Counted from the first letter of the stretch, positions 13,301 through 26,002 are shown. The stretch: 64,000 bases of DNA from Octopus vulgaris (GCA_951406725.2 OX597835.1:44578001-44642000); one strand, 5' to 3'. The notes: generated by a model from the sequence alone, not told the origin. Made by a program: numbers and translations.

Positions 13301-14787
13301 AATGAGACATCTGATTCGAAGACTACAGATCGAATCCATCACTGGAACTGTAAAAAACCTGTAAAACTTTCCAGAATGTTCTTTTTGTCTAGAGACGCAA
13401 CAGTAAGCATAAGAATACATACAGAAAACGAAACATACGAATCTGCACATATACCTACCTACCTACCTACCTACCTACCTACCTACCTACCTACCCCCTC
13501 CCTTCCTCTCTCCCTCCCCACCTACCTACCTAACTACCTACCTACATACATACATACATACATACATACATACATACATACATACATACATACATACAAA
13601 ATTACCCTGTTGTTGATGTTGAAATTCCAATGAAGGAGCCTTGATTCTAGAAATCAACACTTTTTCTATTGGAAAGAAATCTTGAAACGAAACTGAACAA
13701 TGACATACATTAGTGGTGCATACAAATATTGTACTATGACTAGGAATTCAGATTTGTACCTACCATCAGGTGCATCAGGTTATGCACCAGAAAAATTTTT
13801 GAACAAAAACCGTAGAAATCCTGGATTTCACGGTAAAAGAACTGAAGAACCTGACTCAAATTCTCCACATCCAATCTATTAGTGGTACAGTATAGAGTTA
13901 TAAGACATCCAAAATTCTCCATCTGAGGTTCTTCTGTGAGTAGCTGCGTCCCCTTGTGTTTAAGCATCGAGAGGTCAGCCAACACTGTCACTCAACCACA
14001 TGTTTACAAACATCGGGAACTCTCTTGACTCAAAAACACTGACCGCTTTCTTAGCGACAGGTATTTTCCCTACCCATGTCTGACTTCCAGCACTCGCGAT
14101 GTTTCTTTCAACCAAGCGGAGGTGGAGTCTGCAGTGAAAGAGATTTTCACCTCTAGCGAATCTAAGAACCGAAGGCATGGCACATCGAAACGTGGAATCA
14201 AAGAACTCAGAGAAATAGAATGAAATTCATTCATGTTAAGCAAGATGCTCATCATCCTATATGCTGCATTTGAGCTCAAAATGCAGAATGCCGAAACAAA
14301 TTCAACATATCGGACTAGTATCATTCTCATATCAAACTTAAGTTTGAGACTTGACGCTAACAATAGTTTGGTTTCAAGTAAAACTGAAAAGAGTCGAACC
14401 ACATAACATCTGGTATTATATCCGAGCTCCATATATATTATATCGCAGTTAACTGGAACCTTGGTGGAAAACATCTGCAGTGCGACCGTTTAAATAAAGG
14501 GACAGATACATACTTTATAGTTACTTTTATGTATTATGAAATGAGCACCGACGTGGAATGGAACATGTTTTGCCTTTAGAGGCTAGAAATATGGAATACG
14601 TACACACAAACACACGCGCAAACGTAATTTCTTACATATTAGTACATATATATGTAGGTATGTGTACATGTATATTAGTATGTATGTGCATTTCTATGTA
14701 TATATTCAAATGTATATTCATATACATTTTTAGGTGCATATACATCCATATGTATATACATATACATATATATATATATATATATAT

Positions 14788-14919
14788 ATTTATTATATAG
14801 AAGGAGCTTCTACAGGACTAGTACTGTTTCATTCAAGAGAAATCTTCAGGAAGCTTCCTGAAGATTTCTCTTGAATGAAACAGTACTAGTCCTGTAGAAG
14901 CTCCTTCTATATAATAAAT
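14788..14919. repeat. Perfect 132-bp palindrome centred on AAGCTT
   Basis: Arms are exact reverse complements about 14853/14854. Confidence 0.95.
14852..14902 (+). ncRNA. Type I hammerhead ribozyme motif (mirror copy on minus strand)
   Basis: agcttc-CUGAAGA-t ttc tctt gaa t-GAAA-cag tactagtc ctg-UA-gaagct: stem I agcttc/gaagct, stem III acag/ctgt, GUA site; weak stem II. Confidence 0.65.
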
Positions 14920-14988
14920 TAATTTTACTCTGCTATGTATTGAGTACCTTACTTACTGTGGTTAACCCCGAATCAACCCGGGACCTAC

Positions 14989-15019
<31 letters not shown>

Positions 15020-15023
15020 CATA

Positions 15024-15083
<60 letters not shown>

Positions 15084-15101
15084 CGTATATGTGTGTGTGT
15101 A

Positions 15102-15165
<64 letters not shown>

Positions 15166-15594
15166 CTAAATATATGCATGAAAATAATGAAACATAAATA
15201 AAACATATTTATATAAGTACACAGACACAAACACACAGACACACACAATTATATAGATAAATATCCTTACGCACATATATGAATACACACTTATATACGT
15301 TGCATATACGTTGCGCCTACACCCAAAGGAAATATTATGAAAATATGCATATGGTGATGTCGAACCTGATATTTTAATCGTAAGAAATTATAGAGATTTC
15401 ACCAAGCGATGCCTTAAATATTATAGTAAAAGTCATTAAAATGTCATACCTAAGCTCGCGGAGTTGGAGATAGAATAAATACATTTTAATGTCTTTGAAG
15501 ATTTCTACTAAATTATTAGTGGATTCAGTCATAATTATGAATATCTTACTTATTGGAGTTTATGTGTGCATGTATGTACGCATGTTATAGACAC

Positions 15595-15632
<38 letters not shown>

Positions 15633-15738
15633 GTATATATATATATATATATGTATGTATGCATGTGTAACACAGAACGTTATAATACTACGTAAGGATA
15701 GTTTTAGCGAGAAAGCAATCAATCAGTGAATATATATG

Positions 15739-15836
<98 letters not shown>

Positions 15837-15939
15837 ATCATTACAGATATAGGGTGAAAGATAATTTAATAAAATCATCAAATTTCACCTAGTAGTATTT
15901 CGGTAATGAAAAGGATCATATTCAGTAAAAACTTATATA

Positions 15940-16004
<65 letters not shown>

Positions 16005-16016
16005 CATACATACATA

Positions 16017-16565
16017 CGTGGTCTGATTAAGTATCCGGACTGTTGGCATACTAACGAAGCTAAAATACTCAGAGTGACGCCGCTTGGCATACATTGACCG
16101 TGAATTCTGCTATACATGCGTACTAAGTTCTAACGTTGTATTTCAGTTTTGCTGTATACAGCAGCGATTGGAACGAACGTGTGTAGCGTGTGATCGTCAC
16201 ATTGACCATGGACCTCCATCAAATTTTATCAAAAGCTTGGTGGTACCTGCTCAGAGGCCTACCCAAAATTTGCACAAAATATATGGAGCGGAGTGCGTGA
16301 GCCTAAAAAATGTCGGTATTGACGAACGTTCTGGGAGACCCGCAACAAACAGAAGTGCGAAAAACACTACAGACGTGCGAGTAGCTGTGAGGGGAAATCG
16401 TCAAATCACCATCCGTGAGTAATCAGAAAGGAGATGTGCAGATAACTTACGCTCCAGTTCTGTCCATTGTCACTGAAAAATTGTCTGAGACGTCAAGGTT
16501 GTAACAAATCTGCTTTCACCTGACAACGCACCTACTTATTCAGCACAGCTTGTGCAACATTTTTT
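16017..16565 (+). pseudogene. Decayed mariner transposon (left TIR plus transposase fragments)
   Basis: TIR-like tacgtggtctgattaagtatccggac; IKFYQKLG..., NLHKIYGAECVS, DERSGRPAT, NRQITIRE and DNAPTYSA motifs with frameshifts. Confidence 0.85.
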
Positions 16566-16828
16566 TATTAGGCTGGCAACTATGTCCCCGCTATTTTCCT
16601 AAATTTAAATTTTTTTAAAGGTTTAATAAAAAATAACAACTAATTAATCAATAATGTATTCACCTTTGTTGTTTACAACTTCTTCCCAACGTTCAACAAA
16701 ATTTTCAATACCTCGTTCGTAGAAATCATCCGATTTCGACTCGAAAAATTTATCCAACCAACCTCTCAATTCTGCATTAGTATTGAAAGAAATTCCGCGC
16801 ATAGCATTTGAAAGAGATCGAAAGAGGT
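16566..16828 (-). pseudogene. Mariner transposase C-terminus plus TIR
   Basis: Minus strand [58 protein letters not shown]; TIR tattaggctggcaac. Confidence 0.85.
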
Positions 16829-16838
16829 ATCTAAAAAG

Positions 16839-16877
<39 letters not shown>

Positions 16878-16885
16878 CATATACA

Positions 16886-16940
<55 letters not shown>

Positions 16941-16949
16941 GTATGTATG

Positions 16950-16990
<41 letters not shown>

Positions 16991-17009
16991 GTATATATAG
17001 ATATATATG

Positions 17010-17215
17010 ATGATATGATAGATCGTTAGCCACTTCCGACATTTTTTTCTCTCCCTTTTTTTCTCTCCTTGTTTTTTTCTGTGTCCCTTTCTGTAGAACA
17101 GCGTAGGCTCGAAAGGTAAAAGAGTTTTTGTATTCCTGAGGCTTATACTAACACATGTTTGTTTTCTACACCACCTGTCTTCGTCTTTTGTTTTTTCGTA
17201 AACTCTCCCAGATAT
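17010..17215 (+). mobile_element. PLE-like non-autonomous element with variant minimal HHR (17087-17123)
   Basis: cttt-CUGUAGA-a-cagc gtag gctc-GAAA-gg-UA-aaag; homologous to 22830-23050 (minus) and 54730-54850 (minus). Confidence 0.55.
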
Positions 17216-18084
17216 ATCCCAGATATATCTCGGGTGAAGGATTATCCCATACTCTTGGATATCCCAGAAGCAGCTGATTTTTTTCACATAATAATAATAA
17301 CAATGTATATGACTTGAAATGTTTGCGTTGCCTTAATGTTTGTTTACCCCTTTAACAATTATATATCCGCTGCATCAGAAATCAACTCCAACAGATTATG
17401 CACATACATATATGCATATATATATATTTACTAATAGTAATTGTTCTGTGGTTTGCACAGCAGGAGTAAAATGTAGAAAATCTAGCAAAATTTAGAATGT
17501 GTGTAATTTGCAAAGCATGCGTATTTCTTTTCAATTCGGTCACAAATTGCTGGATGCTGTTCTGAGAAAAAAAAAAAAAAAATGTTGCCTGTTTTCTTCT
17601 CCAACGAATAGCTCAGAATATTCAGCTGCTATATAAAATATATTTTACTTACGCCGGGACTTAACTTAGCTTCATTTCTTACTCACATCAATATCATTCT
17701 AAAAAACGTGTAAAAATTTGTATTTCATTCTCAAGACGGGTGTCGTAAAAATGTTGATGTCTTTCGTTGCGTTCTCCTTAAATTATTATTTATTAACTAG
17801 ACAGCATCAGGTTAACTGTAAAATATATTCCAACATGGCGGTACACTATTGTATAAGCACTATTTATCACAGGGATTACAGAGTAGCTTGATAGGTTGTG
17901 CTTATATTCGTCGAAGGGGTCAGATATTGTTTTCAGTGTGTGATCGATAGCAGATATTCTGGCTCAATTCCACATTGTAATAAAATAGATCGATTGTGCT
18001 TAGAATACTCTTCGATCTAACGGGAACCTAAGTTATCTATCTATCTGTCTGTCTCTCTCTCTCTCTACACACACACATATATAC

Positions 18085-18154
<70 letters not shown>

Positions 18155-18181
18155 GTGTGTGTATGTGTGTGTGTATATATG

Positions 18182-18251
<70 letters not shown>

Positions 18252-19257
18252 CATAACCATCAACTTTTCCGTTAGAATTACTTTATTATTCAATATATGT
18301 ATCTGCTCTTTTATATATGCACACGTGCACACGGATGGATTTAAATTAATACATACATATATGTATGTATGTAACATCCCATCCATCTATCTCTTTGTCC
18401 ATCTATCTATCTATCTACCTAAATCTCTCTTTGTCTCTCAATATATCGTGTATATATGTCTGTGTATATGGCCGCAGCTCTGAGCTGAAACTAGAAAAAA
18501 AAAATATATATGTATATATATACGCACACATATGTTAAGTATATATGTATATGCATGTGTAGATAAATAGATATTGAAAGAGAGGGGAAAATATCCAAGT
18601 ATGTTGTATATATAGATATTTATACATACGCGTATATATATATATTTATCTATATATATATAATTTTATATAGATACATATATACATGCATACACATACG
18701 TTTATACACAAATATATATATATATATATGTCTCTCTCTCTCGATATATATAAATGTACATATATATTCTCGTATATATATATACGCATAAATATACATA
18801 TATATATTATATATCTGCATACATGTATATACATGTATATATATATATATATATGTACATATATTGTCATGTATATATACGTATATATACACACACTCAT
18901 ATATATGTATATATATATATATACGTATAAATATATATACATATATATATTATATATACACATGCATGTATGTATATATATATATATATACATATATACA
19001 TGTATATATAATATTCACATGTGCATAAAAATATGGGAGCACTATTAACTACTGTCGGTTTGTACTCTATACGTATGAAGTGGACCTCATTCATGGAAGA
19101 TGTCTGCGGATGTGTCTTCAGGATATGCGATGCACCTTGCATTGCAAATTACTTCATTTTTGTGCAGAGTGACTTCACTGTGACAGTTTGTCTTGAGTAA
19201 TTTGCCGCAGCGACATATATAAAATTTCAAATATACAATAATTATACGTGGCTGGAA

Positions 19258-19262
19258 TAGTA

Positions 19263-19335
<73 letters not shown>

Positions 19336-19351
19336 TAATAATGATAATAAC

Positions 19352-19398
<47 letters not shown>

Positions 19399-19500
19399 TG
19401 ATAATAATAATAATCATATTAGTAGTAGTAACAACAACAACAATATTAATAATAATAATGAGAATAATAATGATGTTAATAATAATAATTATATATTTAT
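19258..19500. repeat. (AAT)n tract
   Basis: Direct observation. Confidence 0.95.
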
Positions 19501-19507
19501 TAATAAC

Positions 19508-19572
<65 letters not shown>

Positions 19573-19604
19573 ATCTATCTACCTATCTCTCTCTATCTCT
19601 CTCT

Positions 19605-19643
<39 letters not shown>

Positions 19644-20304
19644 TTGTCTGGATACTTACATACATAAATACATGAATATATACATGTATATATACACATA
19701 TAGTTTTATCAATAAATAACAAATGAAAGACAGAAGATGGAATATACGAGAATATATTACTAACCACAACAATTATTTTCGACGCATCTAGCATCGACTC
19801 GTCTTGAGGGACACACAAACACTGGTTCACTAATATCCGGTGGTGCAGACATATCACGTCGTGTGATAAATGTCTTGCAAACAACTTGCACATGCAAGTG
19901 CTACCAGTTAAAAGCTCCGTATATCGGAAGCTAGCAAGTGTATGGGGTCATCAGGAGAGAATGCCCGCCGTTTCGGGGCCTACCTCTCGACGGCATCAAT
20001 GCGCACCGGCCTCCCCTCACTGATATGAGGCCCCGCTTGCTAAATCTCGTTAAAATGACTCTTCCACAATGCAACTTTCCCTTTTGTAGAGAGAAAAACA
20101 GCCAGACGGACAGAGATAGAAAGATAGATAGATATGTAGATAGATAGATAGATAGACAGATAGACAGGTAGATACATCTAGAGATAGCCAAATAAGTACA
20201 TATCTATATATGTTTTATTATGTATAATTACAATAATAAAATGATATTTGTATGAGTTCCTCTATGTATATACATGCTTATACATTGCTTTTATACATAC
20301 ATAG

Positions 20305-20542
20305 TCGCAGGTGTGGCTTCCGTACAAACCACATGTTTCCAAGTTCAGTCCCACTGCGTGGTAACTTGGGCAAGTGTCTTCTACTAAAGCTTCGGGCCGA
20401 CCAAAGCCTTGTGAGTGGATTTAGTAGACGGGAACTCAAAGAAGCCCATCGTATATATATATATATATATATATACACATACACAATATATATATATAAC
20501 TATATAGAGCCCATCCTATATATATTAATGTACATATATATT

Positions 20543-20624
<82 letters not shown>

Positions 20625-20825
20625 ATTATGTGTCTGTATTGGTCCCCTCACCAACCGATGTTGGTGTGTTTTCGACCCCGTAAGTTAGCTGTTCGGCAAA
20701 AGTTGCTGAGAAAATCAGTACTAGGTTTCGAAGCATAAATCTTGGGGTCTATTTCGCCGACTAAAGGCTGTGCTCCAACATGGCCGCAGTCAAATGATCG
20801 AATCAAATAAAAGAATGAAAGAAAA
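20305..20825 (+). mobile_element. SINE-A with expanded internal microsatellite
   Basis: Head, core, (TA)n(TG)n and tail all recognisable. Confidence 0.85.
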
Positions 20826-20858
20826 ATAGAAAAAATAATATATATATACATGTATAAT

Positions 20859-20893
<35 letters not shown>

Positions 20894-21334
20894 CACACAC
20901 ATAATTGATGAGGTGCGTATAGAACAGTGAGAATTCAGACTCTATAGTATCCATTTATTTTTAAAAGATTCTCGTACATTCGAACTTGAAAGACGAAAGG
21001 ATGATTTTCGCCGTCGGAGTATGTCTAATTTTGAAAGATGTGTGTTTATAGAACACAGTTCTGCGGTGTGAAGGGAGTTAGATACAATCAAATCTATCCC
21101 CAACTTAGCACTCGATTGTAACACTCGATTTGAATCTAACAAAAACTAGCACTTACAACTTAATCAGTAAAGTATTTTGCGCACCATGCGCTTTCCGTCC
21201 TCATAGGCTATGTAGGCTATACAGTTTTATGTGTAATAAAGTATGCTGTATAGTAAAACTATAATAAATCATTTACGATATGGTAGTTGCCTCCCCGTTG
21301 CGCTGGCTGGAAGTTCTCTATACGGCAGATTCTC

Positions 21335-21553
21335 TTTTCCCTTTTTCTCTTTTTACTTGTTTCAGTCATTTTGACTGCGGTCATGCTGGAGCACCCCCTT
21401 TAATCGAGCAACTCGACCCCGGGACTTATTCTTTGTAAGCCCAGTACTTATTCTATCGGTCTCTTTTTGCCAAACCGCTAAGTGACGGGGACATAAACAC
21501 ACCAGCATCGATTGTCAAGCAATGCTAGGGGGACAAACACAGACACATAAACA

Positions 21554-21557
<4 letters not shown>
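21335..21557 (-). mobile_element. SINE-A 3' half (5' half at 23623-23772)
   Basis: Reverse complement of the SINE-A tail, ending at the internal (TA)n. Confidence 0.85.
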
Positions 21558-21597
<40 letters not shown>

Positions 21598-21600
<3 letters not shown>

Positions 21601-22377
21601 TATTATAAAAGGCAGATTTTATCTGCCTCCCTTTGGGAGTTATACAAATCTACAATATAGGATTTCTTCAATTACAATTTACCTAGCATTTTTGAGAGTA
21701 CAATGCATCGCGTCATGCCAGGTCCAGTTTTTAAAATTTAAACTCCAATTAAGCAAAATTTACAGAAAACTCACATTCTGGTGTGTGTGTCAAATGCTTT
21801 TCTTAGTCTGGTTTACACCACACGCAAACGCACACACACAGTGTGCGACGAATAAAATGAAAGTAAATGTAATATTTGTTTCTGTCTATCACGCTGATAG
21901 ATACATGAGTAAAATGTATGGGAAGCTAACAGATAACAGTGAGTGAAAATGTTCTTGGAAGAGAGTAAATTAGCGACAGAGTGATTTGAGCAAGACTAAA
22001 CTGAAAGTATGAAACAGTGTTTATGTATAAACAGACGACACTTATATAAACCCTTTCGTTACCAAACCGCCCGAATTTACCTATTCATATTTAAATGAGA
22101 ATATCAGAGTAAATCTCTTTAGTACATTCGTGAAAACACGTATTATACTTCGTAAACACTTCAAATACAGTTTTGTACAAAAATCGAAGTGTAATTTTAA
22201 TTCCGTGAATTATGGGAGATTTTTTTCCGAAATTTGTTCCTATTGTGTTTTCAAAATTTGTAGTTCTGACAAAAAATGGATACGAATTTCATTATATCAA
22301 GCAGCGAGTCAGAATTCGAAGGATTTTCTACTGAAGACCTTCATAAATCTAACTCTATGACTGAAAAAAAATAAGCA
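21598..22377 (+). mobile_element. Probable second Helitron 5' segment upstream of the Helitron at 22378
   Basis: a|TCtttattataaaaggcag start resembles the TCtttatatataaaagtg Helitron start; no own CTAG end seen. Confidence 0.45.
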
Positions 22378-22773
22378 TCTTTATATAAGAGTGAAGTTGT
22401 GTGTCTGTCCCCTTCGATTTAGATTCGTAACTACTCCCACATTTTGCCGTGCAGTTTAACCAAAAGCGGGTATCTTATAGTCGTGATTCATATCGAGCCC
22501 TTCTGGGTATTAGCGCGCGTCTACGATGAGTCTACGATTTAAAAAAAATTTACCATCATATTTTTCCATTTTAATGCATTTTTTTCGCTTTTATATAAGG
22601 GAAGTAACTCTCTAAAAATGTCTACGATGTGTCAACGATTTAAAAAAAAAATTACCTTAATTTTTTTTTCAATTTTTAATGCATTTTTTTGCTATTTTTT
22701 GGCTATAACTCTCTAAAAATGCTTATATAGTTATTTCCCTTACAAACCCGAGCAACGCCGGGCGATACTGCTA

Positions 22774-22774
<1 letters not shown>
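22378..22774 (+). mobile_element. Non-autonomous Helitron
   Basis: A|TC start, cccgagcaacgccggg hairpin, CTAG|T end. Confidence 0.85.
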
Positions 22775-22829
<55 letters not shown>

Positions 22830-22831
<2 letters not shown>

Positions 22832-23115
22832 CGGGAAGCTGTATGAAAATAAACAAAAGACGAAGGCAGGTGGAATACAAACAAACAATTGCATTAGTAT
22901 GGCGCTCAGGAATATAAATAAAACAAGTCTTTTATGTTTCGAGCCTACACTCTTCAACAGAAAGATACACAGAAAAGAAACACAGAAAGAAACAAGGAGA
23001 GAAAAAAATGCGTGCAGAGGCTAGCGAATCAACATGGTGATCTGATTTCGGCCAGAACTCAAAGATCAAACGTGAGACGCAAGATAATAGGGTTAAATGA
23101 CCTCGCCCCAACATA
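22830..23115 (-). mobile_element. PLE-like element with variant minimal HHR (22928-22965)
   Basis: Minus strand tcttt-CUGUUGA-a-gagt gtag gctc-GAAA-ca-UA-aaaga; abuts (TA)n. Confidence 0.6.
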
Positions 23116-23212
23116 AGAGTGTGTGTGTGTATGAGAGAGTATATAGTGCGTATGAGAGGTCTGGACGTGTGTATGTATGTATGATGTGATGTGTAAAGTC
23201 GTATGGTGTAGT

Positions 23213-23560
23213 GTAGAGAGAGGAGATGAGGGGGAGAGGGGAAGAGGGGGAAGGTAAGGGGAGAGAGGGGAGGGGAGATGAGTTGAGGAGTGAGGGTGAG
23301 AGGGGAAAAGGAAAGAGGAGAAGAGGAGGGGGAAGGGAGAGAAGGAAGGGGAGGAGAAGAGGAGGGGAGAGAAGGAGGGAGGATAGAGGGAGGATAGAGA
23401 GAGAGGGGGAGAGAGAGAAGGGGAGTGAGGGAGCAGAGAGAAAGAGGGAAGGGGAAGAGGGAAGAAGAAAGAGGGAAGAAGGGAAGAGGAGTAGGGGAGA
23501 AAGGATGAAGGACTGAAGATAAGTAGGGGTCGGGGGGAGGTTAGATGAGGAGGGGGAGAG
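23213..23560. repeat. Polypurine (GA-rich) low-complexity tract
   Basis: Direct observation. Confidence 0.9.
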
Positions 23561-23622
23561 TTGAGACCAAATGGCGTAAAAGAGCGAAGAGAGAAGATTA
23601 ATTAATTAATTAATTCCTGTTC

Positions 23623-23772
23623 ACGACGGGCTTCTTTCAGTTTCCGTCTACCAAATCCACTCACAAGGCTTTGGTCGGCCAGAGGCTATAGTAGAAGACA
23701 CTTGCCCAAGGTGCCATGCAGTGGGACTGAACCCGGAACCATGTGGTTGGTAAACAGCGACTCCTGCGCCTA
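23623..23772 (-). mobile_element. SINE-A 5' half
   Basis: Reverse complement of the head (ggcgcaggag...gaagcccgtcgt). Confidence 0.85.
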
Positions 23773-23864
23773 TTGTTGAAATAGATTGTTGAAATGTTTG
23801 ATTTTTTGTGAAGTTGGAATTAACCGATATATTAATAATTTATGAAGTCCTCACTGCATTTTTG

Positions 23865-24165
23865 TTCGTTCCTTCTGGAGCCATGCATGGCTCATAAGGG
23901 CCGGTTCCCCGGTTTCATTGGCGTATACGTTACCCACCGGAACTGGATGCCAGTCTGACGCAGCTGCGTTAAAAGTTGCAGGGGGAAGGAGTGAGAGAAA
24001 GTTGTGGTGAAGGAGTCAGCAGACGTTTGCCATTACCTTTTAACGGAGCCGCGTAGAGATTAGGTGATTCGCTCATAAACACACACATCGCTTGGTCTGA
24101 CTTTCGAACCTGCGAACCCTGGACTGCGAGTTCACTACTCTAACCAGTAGGGCATGTTCCTCTAC
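23865..24165 (-). mobile_element. tRNA-headed SINE of another family
   Basis: Minus strand tgccctactggttagagt A box and ggttcgaaagtc B box; its 3' end resembles the fragment at about 2590-2650. Confidence 0.65.
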
Positions 24166-24354
24166 CCTCACTACATTACATCGTTAGAATTTCTTACCTG
24201 CATTATGTTTTAAAGTACTCGTTATAATAGGTAATGAGCAGTGTTTCGATCAGGATGGAAATTTACATAGAATATCAGGTGACAAAATGTTATGAAGTAC
24301 ACACACACACACACAGAGACAAAAACACCTTCACATAAATATATTTATGTATAT

Positions 24355-24555
24355 CTTCTACTTGTTTCAATCATTGGATGGCGGCCATGTGGGGGGCATC
24401 ACCCGGAAGAGGTTAGTCAAATAAATCGACCCCAGTAATTAATTTTTTATAAGCCTGGCACGTAATCTGTGGGTCTCTTTTACCGAACCACCAGGTACGG
24501 TAGCGGGCACGTAAACAAACCAACACCGGTTGTCATGTGTTGGGTAGCACACATA
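24355..24555 (-). mobile_element. SINE-A-related 3' half, degenerate
   Basis: cttgtttcaatcattggatggcggccatg...aaatcgaccccagt...ccaacaccggttgtca. Confidence 0.6.
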
Positions 24556-24980
24556 CAATGACCCTCACATCGAAAGAAGGGCACTCAATAGATATATTGA
24601 GAGTCACATGTATGGATCAAAACGGTTTGATTCAGCATCCTTGGCACTAATATATATATATATATAGGGGTTCTGTTCACAGGTGTTCTAAACGGCTAGG
24701 TACAGTAGGTAGGTGCTGTAACGGATTAGTAGGGAGCCAAAAGTACAACAGAGGGAGTAGTTATGGAGCCATTGCATAAATCCTAGTGTCCTCTTTGTCT
24801 GGTCGTATAATGCTCGAAATGATGAGTGACAGACAGCCGACAGCTGATGAAGGGTCGTTCTTTATGTTAACTGTCCCGTTTTCCATTTGTTTCTCTCTTT
24901 GTATTCAACTCCTTTGTTTTCGTATTTCATGTTGTTTACGGTTTGGGACGTTCTGTAACCCATACATACATACATACATG

Positions 24981-25022
<42 letters not shown>

Positions 25023-25060
25023 ATCATATATATATAATTTATATTATTAGGATATATATA

Positions 25061-25268
25061 TATACTTTATTTAAAGCAGCAGAAAATTCAACAAAACCTG
25101 TTACTCATCGGACAGTTTTTGCTAGCAAAAACTGTCCGATGAACGGCAACGGGAAACTCAGGGTAATACCAGTGGTAGAGTAATATACTTTAAATAAAGC
25201 ATATCACTCTACCACTGGTATTTGAGTACTCTTTTTTCTACCTTGTTTCACATTTATGTGTTTACTCC

Positions 25269-25270
<2 letters not shown>
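25061..25270. mobile_element. Multiply inverted PLE-type fragment with CCGAUGA hammerhead-like motif, in (TA)n
   Basis: 38-bp palindrome at 25105-25142 and a second inverted repeat at 25165-25222; ctgt-CCGAUGA-acg gcaa cgg-GAAA-ctcagg-GUA. Confidence 0.55.
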
Positions 25271-25323
<53 letters not shown>

Positions 25324-25344
25324 ATATGTATATACATATATAAT

Positions 25345-25380
<36 letters not shown>

Positions 25381-25951
25381 GAGGGGGAGGGAGGGAGCTA
25401 GAGATTCTTTGGTGTGACGCACAGTTTTTATATATTAGGAAAAATGAAGAACTCAGGATTTGAATGAAACTATTTATTTAGCTTTCGTTCCTTTTATACA
25501 TAAGTCAGTTAGCTGAAAATAACACCTAGGACTGACATAGTTACCTTGGGTTATTAAAAATTGTTTTAGGTATGATAATCTCAGGTGAACATCTAAAATA
25601 ACTTCCTTTTTTTATCTCGCTTGCAAGGTTCTTTACATGAATTCGCGCGTTGGCGCATATTACGTTGCGTCAGGTGAGAGTCATATTACCTGCGCGTTAT
25701 TAACCAACACACACCGGTTCAATTCTCCACTCAATTTATTTATATATTATTCTTTTTCATACAGAACTTTTGTTGCTCCTCGCAAACTTCTCAGTTGTCT
25801 TTGACGCTCTATAATTGGTGATTCTATTTAAATAACCATTCCCAAAAGACCTTTCAAATACCGAACAAAAATTCAGATCCACATTTTTTACGGAAATAAC
25901 TCTCATAAATATGAACGGCTGAATTTTTTATAAAATTCATTGACCACTTTC

Positions 25952-26002
<51 letters not shown>

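Noticed and set aside
13595-13705. Short insert in (TACA)n with ccaatgaaggagcc...gaaa, considered as a hammerhead
   Set aside because: Core and helices could not be assembled; at most an unclassified repeat fragment
14070-14474. 134-aa minus-strand ORF
   Set aside because: No recognisable motif or splice context; likely chance or a decayed repeat
23226-23516. R/G/E-rich ORF
   Set aside because: Translation of a polypurine low-complexity tract
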